From: Diplonema japonicum
Lineage: Eukaryota; Protista; Euglenozoa: Diplonemea
DNA: 64,000 bases
Assembly: GCA_964019335.1 (NCBI GenBank)
Contig: OZ025738.1
Span: 1 to 64,000 of the forward strand
Reading direction: 5' to 3'
Part shown: positions 45,601-56,217 of the stretch, piece after piece
Layout of the letters: the number at the start of each line of letters is the position of its first letter
How positions within the stretch are numbered: the first letter of the stretch is position 1
Program-made: the position numbers and the translations under genes
The notes under the pieces: generated by a model
Told to the model about the DNA's origin: nothing
Database searches by the model: none
What the model saw: the letters and a program-made list of their open reading frames with translations, nothing else

Positions 45601-46560
45601 AGCTATGGACCAGTCGCCGGAGCAGCCACGCCCATCGACACCTGGGACAGGAGCTGCTTCGATAATCCAGCTGGGGTGGTCAGCCAAGTGGTAGTTGAGA
45701 TCTTCTGAGTGGTCTGACCATGTGATAATAACAGCGGTCTTATCAGCCATGAAATGTCTGCGACTGTCGCTGGTGGACATCCCGAATGCCTCAAATGGGG
45801 TGATGTCGCCGAACCAATTCTTCCACCTGCGAATCACCTTTGCTGCTTTGGGGTTGTTAATGGTCACCTTCCCGGTGTCGTCCACGACAGTCCCACCACC
45901 CTCTGTTGTCAGCAAGGTTGCCAGCATGTAGGTGATCCTGTTCGTCGAGTCGTCTGTTGGAATTGTGAAGCCGAAGTAAGTGTCGTCGCCTCGCGCCTTC
46001 CGCTCCCCGTCCTGAACGGTGCGCACCACTTCCTCGAAGGTGTCCATTGTCTGGGGCCACGTCACGTTGTACTTGTCGAAGATATCTTTTCTGTAGTAAA
46101 ACACAATCTGGTTCGACTGTGAGGAGACCGACACGACCTTGTCCGGGTTCACCGACGAGCGTCTCTTGAACTTCTCGCGAACGTTCGACAGGTCCAGGCT
46201 AGACATATCCTCCAGATGCCCCTGCAGCGTGGCCACCCATTGCGCATCGAGGTTCATCTGGTCCAAAGCCGGATCTTCCCTAATAAACATCTCCTGGAAG
46301 TACGTGAACCTGTCCTCGTTCATATCACGTGCCCAAGGCTTTATGCCAAAGGCCTCGTTGTCGCCCAGCGAGAGGATCTTCACATCGTTCTCCTTGCTGT
46401 ACTGGTACATTTCTGTGCAGGAGACGATCTCCGCTCTATACACGAAGCTGCTCGACATCCTTATATCCGCCTTTCCAGCATACCGCGTACAGTTGCCACA
46501 CGGAACGGCGCATGAGTACCCTGCAGTCAACTGCAATGCACCCGCAAGCAGCACCAGCAT
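42679..46560 (-). CDS. Receptor adenylate cyclase with an extracellular solute-binding-protein-like domain
   Basis: Signal peptide; FYYRKDIFDKY..WPQT (sugar-binding SBP-like); TMs; HAMP-like ISRPL; FTDIQSST/TIGDAFM/NKAARLES; second degenerate cyclase. Confidence 0.9.
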   Translation of the reverse strand: MLVLLAGALQLTAGYSCAVPCGNCTRYAGKADIRMSSSFVYRAEIVSCTEMYQYSKENDVKILSLGDNEAFGIKPWARDMNEDRFTYFQEMFIREDPALDQMNLDAQWVATLQGHLEDMSSLDLSNVREKFKRRSSVNPDKVVSVSSQSNQIVFYYRKDIFDKYNVTWPQTMDTFEEVVRTVQDGERKARGDDTYFGFTIPTDDSTNRITYMLATLLTTEGGGTVVDDTGKVTINNPKAAKVIRRWKNWFGDITPFEAFGMSTSDSRRHFMADKTAVIITWSDHSEDLNYHLADHPSWIIEAAPVPGVDGRGCSGDWSIAINSQSQPDIKAHAMQIVQRYVNNMKEIALLRNDQEPLTREVLDDETLMKRYCDINPILCNSHKKYPEFWDRVTHRPSGGCRTLYATCAEVIYRNIIRYFKSSDQAVTAESTIAQLETDLHLVLGYWTHTDLQDNDDEWTATRILLVVTCIVCGFSFIFLGEYIRREVRRMRKVHGPSIPISVLLGFVVLSFGIALSSILITLQSDTARGISTDLAKDVRVQSMIGMENLVSITVDNLRQSGRASTSILQITVASAKNFLGRMHLHHRSIVVIINRADGNVILSSNPSVQPENTATYSPYISGALSQYEWRAGESLIDPEITHTIDVSESWHVNAQGLDAGSENFAGFSWILVYMTPEDVIMGRADDAATRQLDLAVILTVLAVAIAVYSAVLISRPLVSLAVDMEYVRAMDVESLQKRDSGLTEVKALLAGFYSVCKILKEYKSFLPDALFDEETNRDSEVPRYGRRAPHTDGKAAIVFTDIQSSTEMWFNMPNGMKKAMRTHNTIMRRRIDDFEGYEVKTIGDAFMIAFETLHNATAFCLAAQEDLYDAEWPQDLLQVPLCKYQQGAWKGLRVRMGVHYGELNLENSPMTGRSDYMGTTVNKAARLESSGVGGGIGMTEDTFNTLDLELLDWPSQVSVGSVQMKGLPNQAYCMVIPKYLKERLTYIENQFHKQQAANPLVRKEASVTSTSNTSRNTPSLPKMLKDNLQKSQGTVGHVRVSYDSLSGISSPLVKVNEVLSATVHCVEMCGGTVVSVCSGVVVAAWNTTKNCTSHVMNSVRFIRVFQRQLKHTDGEWFTKCNLGLASGGLLYGNAGSRDLRFSLVIGSVVETAGYLAETAREMGTFCLLASLPGHADLTLDTSIKKVIRPVDTWQAPSEQRVMIYEPRIEHLSKLNDLEEGSVSDVDEVSPLDEWGWAPDGYSPCFHEGDYKQIRSSTKDPVLLSVASRLEGTAFRTYGRTAGGFDMAAASRDN

Positions 46561-47179
46561 TCTTTATTCAATTTGGTTTTGTGTGTGTCGTCTGCTTTGG
46601 TGAAAAGAAAATCATAGTCTCTCCTTATCCAATCCTCTTCCTACCTAATTTAAGGACAGCAACAAGGATTCTGATGATGCTGGATGTGAAGAACTATGAA
46701 GACGCTCGCCAGTCTGACAAGTACGAAGAGCCGGCGGAAGGCAGGAGGACGAACAAGAATCGGAGCTGCGTGTGCCTCAGGAATAACAAGAGCGGAACAA
46801 GAGGCTGCTAAGCTAAAGATACCTGAACCCAAAGAAACACAACATTGCGAACAGGTACCGCTAATACCAGCCTTGATAGGAAAGCCTCGCTAGGTCTCTC
46901 TTCCCTTTTCAATGCGTGTGGCAAATGGGGAGTGCGACGATGCATCTAAAGTGCCATTGATCTTGAGGGAACACAAATAATGAAACAAACAAAAGAAACG
47001 TTGGGGGAAAGGGGTGGGGGAGTGAAAAGCACCTTTTATCAGGGGGTCCTCTTTATGAAAAAAAAAGAAAAATAAAATGGGGCCTTTAGGTTATCGCGAG
47101 CCGGGTTGCGAGAAAAAAAGAAAAGTCTTAAAAAAAATGAAAGTCTTAAAAAAAAAAAAAGAAACCAATCGCTAAGCCA

Positions 47180-48877
47180 TCAATGCCCAGCATACGGGAT
47201 GGTAACAATTGCAGCAGACATGGGCGGGACGACAGCCTGGTAGCAACCGCTATCAATGGGTACGGGTTCAGTGGTGCGATTTCCCTTGATGACACCATTG
47301 GTGGTGCCGTCAAAGGTCTGCCCGCCATAGGAGAGGCCCTGGCCGTAGGTGGAGTGAGGGGACGGCGCAGAGATACGGAACAAGGTAGCGGGGCTGCTCG
47401 TGCCGACACCGCAGATGCGGACAGTCTGAGGAGTAACCACCTTGTCGTACTTGCTGACGAGCAGCACCCTGTAGGCCATCGCCTTCGCATCCTTCACGGC
47501 GTGCACATCGATATTATAATCGTCGTCAGGGTACATGACACACGGTGCAGTGCCTGCAGCACACGACTTCCCAGCCTGTCTGATCGAACCTGTGCAGCAG
47601 TTCGCTGCGCCACCAGGCTCGTTGTTACAGTTCTGCCCACCGCACACCCCACACATCTTGGCACAGCACACGCCGCTGCTCATGACCCCATCCGTGCATG
47701 TAACATCCGCAGTACGCGGGGCCACCCCCACGTCCACCCATTGCGCCTCATTGGCAGTGAACTCCGCAAACCCAAGCAGACCATAATACAGAGGCCGTAT
47801 CTCCATGCTGGTGTTCTGAACGGCAACAGGCGTGTACTGCCCAGTGGGGCCGCCGTGAAAGTTCATCCCCTTCGGCCCGCTGCCTACCTTCGCCAGCGAC
47901 GAGAGATAGTCCAGCACCCACAGGGTCGACATGAAGGTGTTGGAAACGTTAGGAACACCGCCACACGAAGCGGAGTTGCCCTCACCTATCCAGAAAGGAA
48001 TCGACAGGGCGCTTAGCTGCTGTACCTGAGTCACGAAGCTTGCCTTGTGCTCGACGTGGGTGAAGACACCGCCAGCCTGCGCGTGGCCCAGAATGGTTTG
48101 ATTAGAATCCTTCTTGCAGTAAGAAATCGGGTAGTTGTGGTACGACATAGAACGGAAGACATCCTGGTACTGGTCGAGATAGCCCTGCAAGCCTCCAATG
48201 GTCCATGCGTCCTTCGAGTCGGCAAAAGTGCCGCCACGCACCATCTTGGGTGGCATGCCGGCAGAGCGGAGCGCGGTTGCGAACTGCCCGAACTCAACAC
48301 GGTAGTCGCCAAAGGAGTACGAGGCATTGCGGTGGTGTGAGGTGTTGGAGTGCTTTGCGTAGAGGTCCATCTCGTTACCAATCTCAATGGAGTCGACGAA
48401 CGGCCACAAGGCGTGCTGCGTCAGGGACGCGACATGAGGAACCGCATACTTCTCCGGGTCGGGCGACATCCCAAAATTAACATCCACCACGTACGCCACA
48501 TCAACAGAACGCTGCTTTGCGGTGGTGGCTGCAAAGGTCTTGTATGCCACAATGTCATTCGAAGTGATATTATATTCACACATCGCGCTGCCGCCATTGT
48601 AGCACGACCTATCCGCACTGTTCCCGCCCCATCTGAGAATGGTTGGGGAGGCCGGTCCTGCACCGGACTTGTCTCTTAAGTTCTTCAAGACCTGCGCGTA
48701 CTGACCCATCTCCCCTGACTCGCCTAAGTACTGCAGAACATGATTCACCTCGACGCTGAACCCGACAAAGTTACTTGGAACACTCCCCACGCCCTGCATG
48801 CTCCCTTGAAGGGTCGCTGTGATGGCACCAGACGCTACGTGCACGGCACACAGCATGACAAAGGCTGTGATACGCAT
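47180..48877 (-). CDS. Secreted glycoside hydrolase family 79 (beta-glucuronidase/heparanase-like) with a Cys-rich insert
   Basis: FVGFSVE, LRWGGNSAD, EIGNE, WIGEGNSASCGG, VSNTF..LWVLD, NFHGG, RPLYYG. Confidence 0.88.
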   Translation of the reverse strand: MRITAFVMLCAVHVASGAITATLQGSMQGVGSVPSNFVGFSVEVNHVLQYLGESGEMGQYAQVLKNLRDKSGAGPASPTILRWGGNSADRSCYNGGSAMCEYNITSNDIVAYKTFAATTAKQRSVDVAYVVDVNFGMSPDPEKYAVPHVASLTQHALWPFVDSIEIGNEMDLYAKHSNTSHHRNASYSFGDYRVEFGQFATALRSAGMPPKMVRGGTFADSKDAWTIGGLQGYLDQYQDVFRSMSYHNYPISYCKKDSNQTILGHAQAGGVFTHVEHKASFVTQVQQLSALSIPFWIGEGNSASCGGVPNVSNTFMSTLWVLDYLSSLAKVGSGPKGMNFHGGPTGQYTPVAVQNTSMEIRPLYYGLLGFAEFTANEAQWVDVGVAPRTADVTCTDGVMSSGVCCAKMCGVCGGQNCNNEPGGAANCCTGSIRQAGKSCAAGTAPCVMYPDDDYNIDVHAVKDAKAMAYRVLLVSKYDKVVTPQTVRICGVGTSSPATLFRISAPSPHSTYGQGLSYGGQTFDGTTNGVIKGNRTTEPVPIDSGCYQAVVPPMSAAIVTIPYAGH

Positions 48878-49166
48878 TTTATTCTTTTCCCTCTAGCTAT
48901 ACAGCTATCCCCCTTTTATTCGGTTGTTTGCTCAAGGATCTGAAAGAGCTCATGCTGAACTGTCCAAAGCCTCGGAACTGAGCCGGGAAGAAGGAGGAAG
49001 ACAGGGGAAATAATGAAACAAGAAAAATAGAAAAAACAAAAAACTAGTTTAACGAGAGGTATTCTTACCTAAATAAAATAACCCATCACGCTGCCAACTA
49101 GCTCTTTTCTTTAGTCTCGTTACAGTTAATACTGTTAAAACATAAAAAAAGAAAACCCTCGTACCG

Positions 49167-50271
49167 TCATTGAGCCGTCGTGTAACCACACGAAGCCAAG
49201 GAATAGGCAAGGATGAAACATACAATGAGCGCCAGCAGCAGCCAGAAGAATATCTCGGGGAAAACCCTTGCTGCTCGATAAGAGGCGTAGTAAGAGAAAG
49301 CTAGAAACAGGAGCACAAAAACTGCTGAAAAGTCGTAGGAAGCCAGATACTCCATCACCACGTGTGTGTAGATAGCAAAGACGATGTAAAAGCACTGTGG
49401 AGCCAGGATCAGAAGAGGCGAACGTGCCAACAGCAACCAGCTGGTGCTGCCGTTTCTTGACACATCGTAGGCATTGCACCCTGATGGTGAAAGTTGCTGC
49501 ACACACAAAAAGAAATCGCCATACACCCGTAGTTATTTGCGTGGGCATCAGCTCCTGCCTCTTCGATGAGATATCGAACGACATTTAGCCAACCTTCACG
49601 TGCCGCATAGTGCAAGGCAGTCGAGCCTATGTATGATCGTCTGGATAAAAGACTGCCCGTCATACCATTTCTGTCCTTCTGCATCACGCCAGCCTTACCC
49701 ACCTCAACTAGGTATCGTACAACATCGATCCTCCCCTCACGAGATGCGTAGTGTAATGGCGTGCTTCCTGTATCTTTTTTAAAGACTTCCGTCGTGGTGG
49801 AGATGGGTTATTACCTTCGCTTCCGCCCGCACCCATCCCGGCGTTCTCCACCTCGAGAACATACCGGACAACATCTAACTGGCCATCCCTCGATGCCACA
49901 TGTAGACCTGTCATTCCTGTAGAAGTACCATTGTGCGTTCTATTGAGGAAAGCCATACCGTCGCTGTTCACTTCCTTCGCATCTTTGAACCCCATCTTGT
50001 GAAGCTTCAACAAGGCAGCCTGCTCCCAGCAGGGTGGTATTACCTCCAGAATGCTCCCGTCCTGGAACGGGTATTCAGATACCAGATTCTCGTCATGAAG
50101 CTCCTCTCCTTCAAATGACAGTGCGAAGGTCCCTAGTTCGAGGTCTGCTGCTTCCGCCACCTTTTGCCTCACGGCTGAGACATCATCACTCCCCGTCACA
50201 TCTATAGATACTGTCTCAGAGGAGGGGAGCTTTATCTGGAGGGCCAGCGGGGTCTGGACCCAAACAGCCAT
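49167..50271 (-). CDS. Ubiquitin-like + ankyrin repeats + C-terminal TM protein; introns 49917-49958, 49768-49814, 49627-49665, 49497-49540
   Basis: Removing four 39-47 nt introns joins ORF pieces 49708.., 49409.. and 49167.. into regular ankyrin repeats; frames checked by hand. Confidence 0.75.
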
Positions 50272-50548
50272 CTTATTCTTCTTTTCTTTCTGTTCCCATG
50301 AGGCGCAGTGTGCACCCCCTGTGAAATACAATGCTAACCATCAGGTGAGATACGATGGCATGACACGATGAAAACACCAGCTGCACACAGCTGACGACAA
50401 TACTGGGAAAAAAAAAAGTGTTTTCCTAGGAATCTCCAGCAAAGCAAAAAGAAAAAAAAACAGACTATCACAGCTTGCATGCAAAGACGCAGCTGCAGAT
50501 AAACTAAGAAGAAAGAAAGATGGAAGTGTTGAGAATATCACGGCTCTT

Positions 50549-51211
50549 CTATGCAGCGGCAGAGGAAAGCTCCTCGGCGATGGAGGTGTGGCCGCGGCTG
50601 ATGGAAATATCAAGTGCGGAGCGGCCGCTCGTGTTTAGAAGGTTGGGCGTTGCGCCGTGCTCAAGTAGGAGCGAAACCACCTCGTGATGCCCTTTGAAAG
50701 AAGCGCAGTGCAAAGGGGACTGGCCTTCTAGCACGAAGTCGACGTTGGCAGATGTGTGGGTGATCAGCATCTCGGAGGTTACAAGAAGCCCGCGCGAGGC
50801 AGACGCAACAAGAGACTTATTCGCATTCTCTTGGCTGCAGCAGAGCCCAGCAAGCAGTGCCGCCTCCAAAACCCGACAGCATTGATCGTCAGCGACATCT
50901 GTGGGGTAGAGATATATCGCTTTCGATAACTCCTCGAAGCAAGCGGCTGTGTAGCCGTGCTCCTTTAAGTAGGCGAGCGCAATGTGACTGTCGTTCACAG
51001 TCATCACCACTTCGCTTCCGTCCGCAAAACCGTACCCACCGAGCTCCTTTCCCTTCACAACCTCTTCACCTTCGAACCACAGTCTGAAGCTTCCCATCTC
51101 GTACCCCCCATCGGCGGCAACTCTCTCTAGAAGCGTAGCCGTGTCGACGTTGCCCACATCCACTGCTGTGACCCTGCCGCATAAAAGAACTACATGCAGT
51201 GTAAGATGCAT
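50549..51211 (-). CDS. Ubiquitin-like + ankyrin protein
   Basis: FRLWFEGE..YGFADGSEV; QSPLHCASFKGH..GRSALD; start inferred after a CAG acceptor. Confidence 0.8.
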   Translation of the reverse strand: MHLTLHVVLLCGRVTAVDVGNVDTATLLERVAADGGYEMGSFRLWFEGEEVVKGKELGGYGFADGSEVVMTVNDSHIALAYLKEHGYTAACFEELSKAIYLYPTDVADDQCCRVLEAALLAGLCCSQENANKSLVASASRGLLVTSEMLITHTSANVDFVLEGQSPLHCASFKGHHEVVSLLLEHGATPNLLNTSGRSALDISISRGHTSIAEELSSAAA

Positions 51212-51773
51212 CTTTCTCAGAAACCTGGGAGAAACATTCATAACGGGGGTGCTGGACATGGCTGGAGGACAAACAAAACCAAAAAAGGAAAGGAGGGGAG
51301 GGGGAAGGAAAACAAAAATCAAAATAGTTCCAAGAAAAGTTGTCGCTTGCTTCATGATGTCCCTTCCAGTGGAATGACGTGTGGTCATGTACCACTTGAA
51401 GAAGCTCCTCAAGTGGAACCACGGGTGCAGGTGAGTACTTCGCAACAGGCTGATGCGGCCTCGATCGATCCGACCTTCGTGCCTTCTGCTCTTGTAAAGA
51501 GGGGGGAAAAAAAAAAGACTGAAACCGAGAGAGGAGAACACTAAAAATCAAAGAAATAAAAAGAAAAAAGGGAGAACCGTACAGTGAGCGGGCATGTGGA
51601 AGGGAACGAAACGAACGACATCTCCTCCTTTCCCACCAACGAGAACACGCACACAGCAATCCATTTATTCTCTTCTAAGAACCATAGAAACAAGCAGGCC
51701 GCTGCTTGACTATGCTGAAAAACGGGCCACAAAATGAAAATAAAAAGAAAGTATAAGAAGCTAGATATCAATT

Positions 51774-53174
51774 TCAATTCCTGACACTATCCTGGATAGC
51801 TGCCTGGCTTGTGGTCTGGAAGCTTGTCCCCGGCCCAATAGACCTCTGTGTCCTCCAAGGCTCCTGCATTCGTTTAATCCCACCATTTGCCTTCCTAAGG
51901 TCACCTGCTTCGACCAGTTGGAGTGCTTTCTCCATGTCCATGAGAGACATATCGATGGTGTGGCTGCTCTGCGCGTGCACCGAGATGGACTTGTTGTCGG
52001 CCTTCTTCATCGAGACGAAGCTGATCCCCTCGCTGAGGGCATCCTTCGCACCGCTTACATTGTCCCGGCTCGCCATCTGCGAAGCCTTGGAGAACGACTT
52101 CGAAGTGTAGTTGGTGATCTCAGCAGCCAGGAAGTTCAAGTCCATCTTCGGGGGGTCAGGGAGTCGCTTCACCATGATGGGCCTGACCTCGGTCTCCCAC
52201 TGCTTCTTCGCAGTTGCGTAGTACTTGACCGTGATATCCCCTACAGAGAAGTCTCCGACGGGGGCGGAAGGGAGGTCCACAGCGATGATAAAGGTTCTGC
52301 GCTGCTCCTCGATGATGTCCTTCACGAACAGGGTGAGAGTGCTCTTGTCCGGGGACACTTCCACGTTGTCCCCCGCGAAGTTATCGAGGATGTCAGAGGA
52401 GAAGGTGACACCTGGGCTGAGCTTCACCTCCATTGTGATGTTTAAGGCAACGACCGACAGCAGCGTCGCAATGGCTGTTGCGAAGTCCAGCTCAACCTTT
52501 TGGTCTTTGGCCGTGGCTTCCTCGATTTGGTGGAAGTCCCCATTGCCCGCCTGTGCGATGGTCTGCAGCAGCTCTTCCTTGCCGCAATCGTAGCCGTACT
52601 CAAATGTGCTGATCCCGACCGTTCTGTTGGGGTTGATCTTCGTGATGTGCTGTGCCATCTCCGCCCGGTTTCTGATCCCCTCGTTCGCTGCGCCGTCCGT
52701 GAACAGCCACACTGCGTGGTTCACCTCGCCGCTTGTGGACCCACACGGTACGCCCTTCAGTATCTCCTCCACACCAAGCGTCAGGCCCTCCTCGATGTTT
52801 GTCCTCCCGCTCGGAGTCATGCTGTCGATTGCATCCCTCGCAAGACCCTTCCCATCGTCGTCCATCTTCGTCAAAGGAAGCACAACCTCTGCCTTCTCAT
52901 TGTACATGACAATCCCTAGCCTGTCCCGGCTCCCCAGAACCATGTTGTCAACATTGTTCTCCAGCAGCAGGCGTAGCGACTCCTTCACCGCGTCCATCCT
53001 CCCGGCCTCCTTCATCGAGTGGGACCTGTCGACCACCACAACAAGACTCGCCTCTTGGTTCTGGCCGCCTGCTTCCCTGGACTTCTCACCGGACAATGTG
53101 ACGGCTGCCCTCATCCCGCTGCTGTCGTTTGCGACAGAGCTGAACTCGGTGTGGTGCGAGAGTACAATACCCAT
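51774..53174 (-). CDS. von Willebrand factor A domain protein
   Basis: VVDRSHSM (MIDAS), GRTNIEEGL, LFTDGAAN; start MGIVLS inferred. Confidence 0.88.
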   Translation of the reverse strand: MGIVLSHHTEFSSVANDSSGMRAAVTLSGEKSREAGGQNQEASLVVVVDRSHSMKEAGRMDAVKESLRLLLENNVDNMVLGSRDRLGIVMYNEKAEVVLPLTKMDDDGKGLARDAIDSMTPSGRTNIEEGLTLGVEEILKGVPCGSTSGEVNHAVWLFTDGAANEGIRNRAEMAQHITKINPNRTVGISTFEYGYDCGKEELLQTIAQAGNGDFHQIEEATAKDQKVELDFATAIATLLSVVALNITMEVKLSPGVTFSSDILDNFAGDNVEVSPDKSTLTLFVKDIIEEQRRTFIIAVDLPSAPVGDFSVGDITVKYYATAKKQWETEVRPIMVKRLPDPPKMDLNFLAAEITNYTSKSFSKASQMASRDNVSGAKDALSEGISFVSMKKADNKSISVHAQSSHTIDMSLMDMEKALQLVEAGDLRKANGGIKRMQEPWRTQRSIGPGTSFQTTSQAAIQDSVRN

Positions 53175-54496
53175 GTTTGCTTTTCCTTCTATTGCTTGAC
53201 CTGTGCGTGTGTGTGGTGGAAGGTTACGATAAGAAAAGGACACCTCTTCACATATATCCGGTTGGAGGTAGGTAACGGAGTACACTGAGATGCACGGGGC
53301 TCATAGCGGGGTAAAAAGAAAAAAACTCAAAAAAAAAGAACAGAAGTGAAAAAAGAGGCGTGGGGGGTATGGAGGGGGGGAGAGGGGGTGCAACAAGAAA
53401 TAAAAAAAAAGAAAAGAAAGAAAAATAAAAATAACAACGAAAAAATAAAAAAAAAAGGAAAAAAAAGGAAAATATGAAACTCAGGCCGACCTCATTTCCC
53501 CTTCCCTTCCTATTCTTTCTTATCTTTCTTTTTCTTCTTTTTTTTTCTTCTTTCTCTCTTCTTTTTTTACTCTTTTCTCTTTTGGCGCAGCTCAGAGAGC
53601 ATGCTGAACTATCCAAAAGAAAAAAAAGAAATAGAAAGAAAAGTGCGTACGTTTTTAAATATAAAAAAAAAGAGGAAAAAGAAAACACAAAAAAGAAGGA
53701 AAAGAAAAAAAAAACAACAATAATAAGGTGATAAAGGAGGCGGGTTCTGCCATAGTTTCAGAAAATACAAAGGGGGGGGACTAAAAAAAAAAGAAAAATT
53801 AAATATTGGTGCATTTATATTTCTCTTTTTTATTTTCTCATTATTACCTTCCCGTAAAGCATAAGATGGAGAAGATCGGACAAAACATTTCACAATAACA
53901 AAAAAAAGAAAAAGCTATTCTGATGCTCTTGCGGCACCACACACTGTAGATATGTGGTCTTGCTGAAACGTGCGATGTTGGTGTAAAAGAAAATAAGAAA
54001 TCAGTTGTCGCACCTTTCCCTGCAGAGAAAGATCCCGACCGTTTCCCCTCTTTGTACCACACCCCAACAAGGGAGGGAGGAAGGGAGCTTGTAGCCAAGA
54101 AAGGAGGGGGTGAACTAAAAAAAAAAAAAATAAAGAAAAAAAAATAAGGAGCTTGTTTTGTAGTGTATGGTGGCATGATGGATTGAAAGAAAAAAGAAAA
54201 TGGGGAGGGGAAAGGTTAAAAAAACAAAAAACATGAGTAAGACAAAAAAAAGAAAAAAAAAAAGAGAGAAAAAAGAAATCACACAGGGCCCACAAGTAGT
54301 TTCTGTTCATTTTCCTATTTATTTTTTGTTGTTTTCTCCTTTTTCTATTTTTCTATTGTAATTCTTTATCTCCATACATCCCCCCCCCCCCCCCCCCAAC
54401 TTCCAATGAAGGGGGGGAAATCTTTCAACAACCTCTTTAAAAGGGGGAAAAGAGAAAAGGACAGCATATATAAAAGCAACCCCCCCCCCCCCCTTC

Positions 54497-56217
54497 CTAC
54501 AAATGCGAGCGAGCGAACTGCCTCGCACCAGAAACAGCATAGTCATCGGGAAGCTGTTTTTTTTTTTCTTCTTCTTTCTTCTTTGTAGTAAGACACATAC
54601 CTCATGACCCTCTTCCTTGATAACGTAGTGCATAAGGCCGTAGCAGTAGCTCTTCAGGTACTTGTGCCAGGAGATGTCGTGGAGGTCCATGTTCCAGTCG
54701 GCCTCTTCTGCAGCGCCGAGCCCTTCCAGCAAGCTCGAGTTCCTGGTGCTCATGTATGACCAGGAGAAGTTCGTGAAGTCCCTGAACTGGTTCACCAGCA
54801 TGTAAGCCCTCTCGGTGGCCTTCTTGAGACGATCGGCGTTCTTCACCGCCTCTGGCCTTGCGGTAGGGAAGGGCAGCCTGGACTGCGCGTAGAACAGGGC
54901 AGCTGGCACCGTGCGCTTCAGATGGAACCTCGACTCGTACTCCGCCCTGTTACGGACGAGGACAACCTTGCACGGCTTGACCTGCTTCTTAGGGGGGTTG
55001 ACCTCCCAGTACGCCCTTACAAACCTCACCACCATGCCCCACGTGACGGGGTTGTCACTGCCGCTTGTGCAGAACTGGTAGACCTGCATAGGCCTCTGTG
55101 TTCTGTCGGTCATTGACACAGCGGTGCTGGTGGACCTTGTCTCTACGTCGATCGCCTGCACGCCGGGGATCTGGATCTCCGCCTTCTGAAGGTTTCCTGC
55201 TGTGAGCGGCAGAGCGGCGGAGCCGAACGGTCTCTCCACAGCAGGTGCTACCCTGCCCTCGGGGTTGGCGACAGCGTCCTGCCTCGTCTCCCTCGCAACC
55301 TTCGCCCCTGCCAGCAGCGTTCCCTTCACCACATAATCAACTGGAATAATGTCTGCCAAACAGTTGGGGTTCGCATGGACCTCCTGCACAATGCCGAACC
55401 CGGCAGTGAGGAACAAAGCGCCTGACGCGCTAAGCGTGTCGACCCATCCAGGGAAGGGCTCCTGCAGGGCAGACCCGATGATGGCGGGACGGACGATGGT
55501 GAGGGGCACACTGCCCCTGTAGCTGTTGAGAAGGTGCTCTGACATGGACTTGGTGAGTGTGTAGGTGTTGGGGAAGCCGTACTTCTTGAGGATGGCGGGT
55601 GTGTCCTTCACAAGGTCGTCCTCCTCGTAGTTGAGGATGTTCTTGGTCATGACCTCCGCATCGAAGCCGAGGGGGTACAGCATCTCATCAACAGGCTGGT
55701 CGCCATTCAGGCGGTAGTTAACGTAGCATGTTGACATGTGCACGAAAGAGTCAAAGTTCCCTCGCTGGTGGCACTTCCTGGCAAGCGCGAGAACCTGCAT
55801 AGAGCCCAGGACGTTAAGGCGAGTCGACATGTTCAGCTTCTCATTAAAGTCAATGGTAGCAGCAAGGTGGAGAATCATTGTGCAGTTCTTGACAAGCATG
55901 CTGTAGGTGCTCTCGGTCATCCCCAGGTTGTCCTCGGTGAGGGACCCCTCAACAGCTACAATCTTGTTCTTGCACATCGACTTGAATCCTTCGGCGCCGT
56001 ACTTCTCCTTTACCCTGTCCATAACCTTGCTGTCGAACAGTTCCTTCTGGAGCCTGTCGAAAGGGTGGACATCCTTCTTCGGTCTGATGAGAAGGTACAG
56101 CTTCTCCACCCCAGGCAGGCTTCTTAAGATCTTCTCTACCAGCACCTTGCCCACGAAACCCGTGCTTCCTGTGATCAGGATGTGCTGACCTTTGTACAAA
56201 TCCTCCATTGTGGCCAT
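54497..56217 (-). CDS. FAR: Fatty acyl-CoA reductase; intron 54554-54600; C-terminal -SHL
   Basis: ITGSTGFVGKVLVEKILR, PNTYTLTK, RPAII..EPFPGW, DIIPVD; spliced last exon LPDDYAVSGARQFARSHL*. Confidence 0.92.

Noticed and set aside
54319-54600. ORF-track C-terminus of FAR
   Set aside because: Read-through of an intron and homopolymer UTR; the spliced end is more plausible
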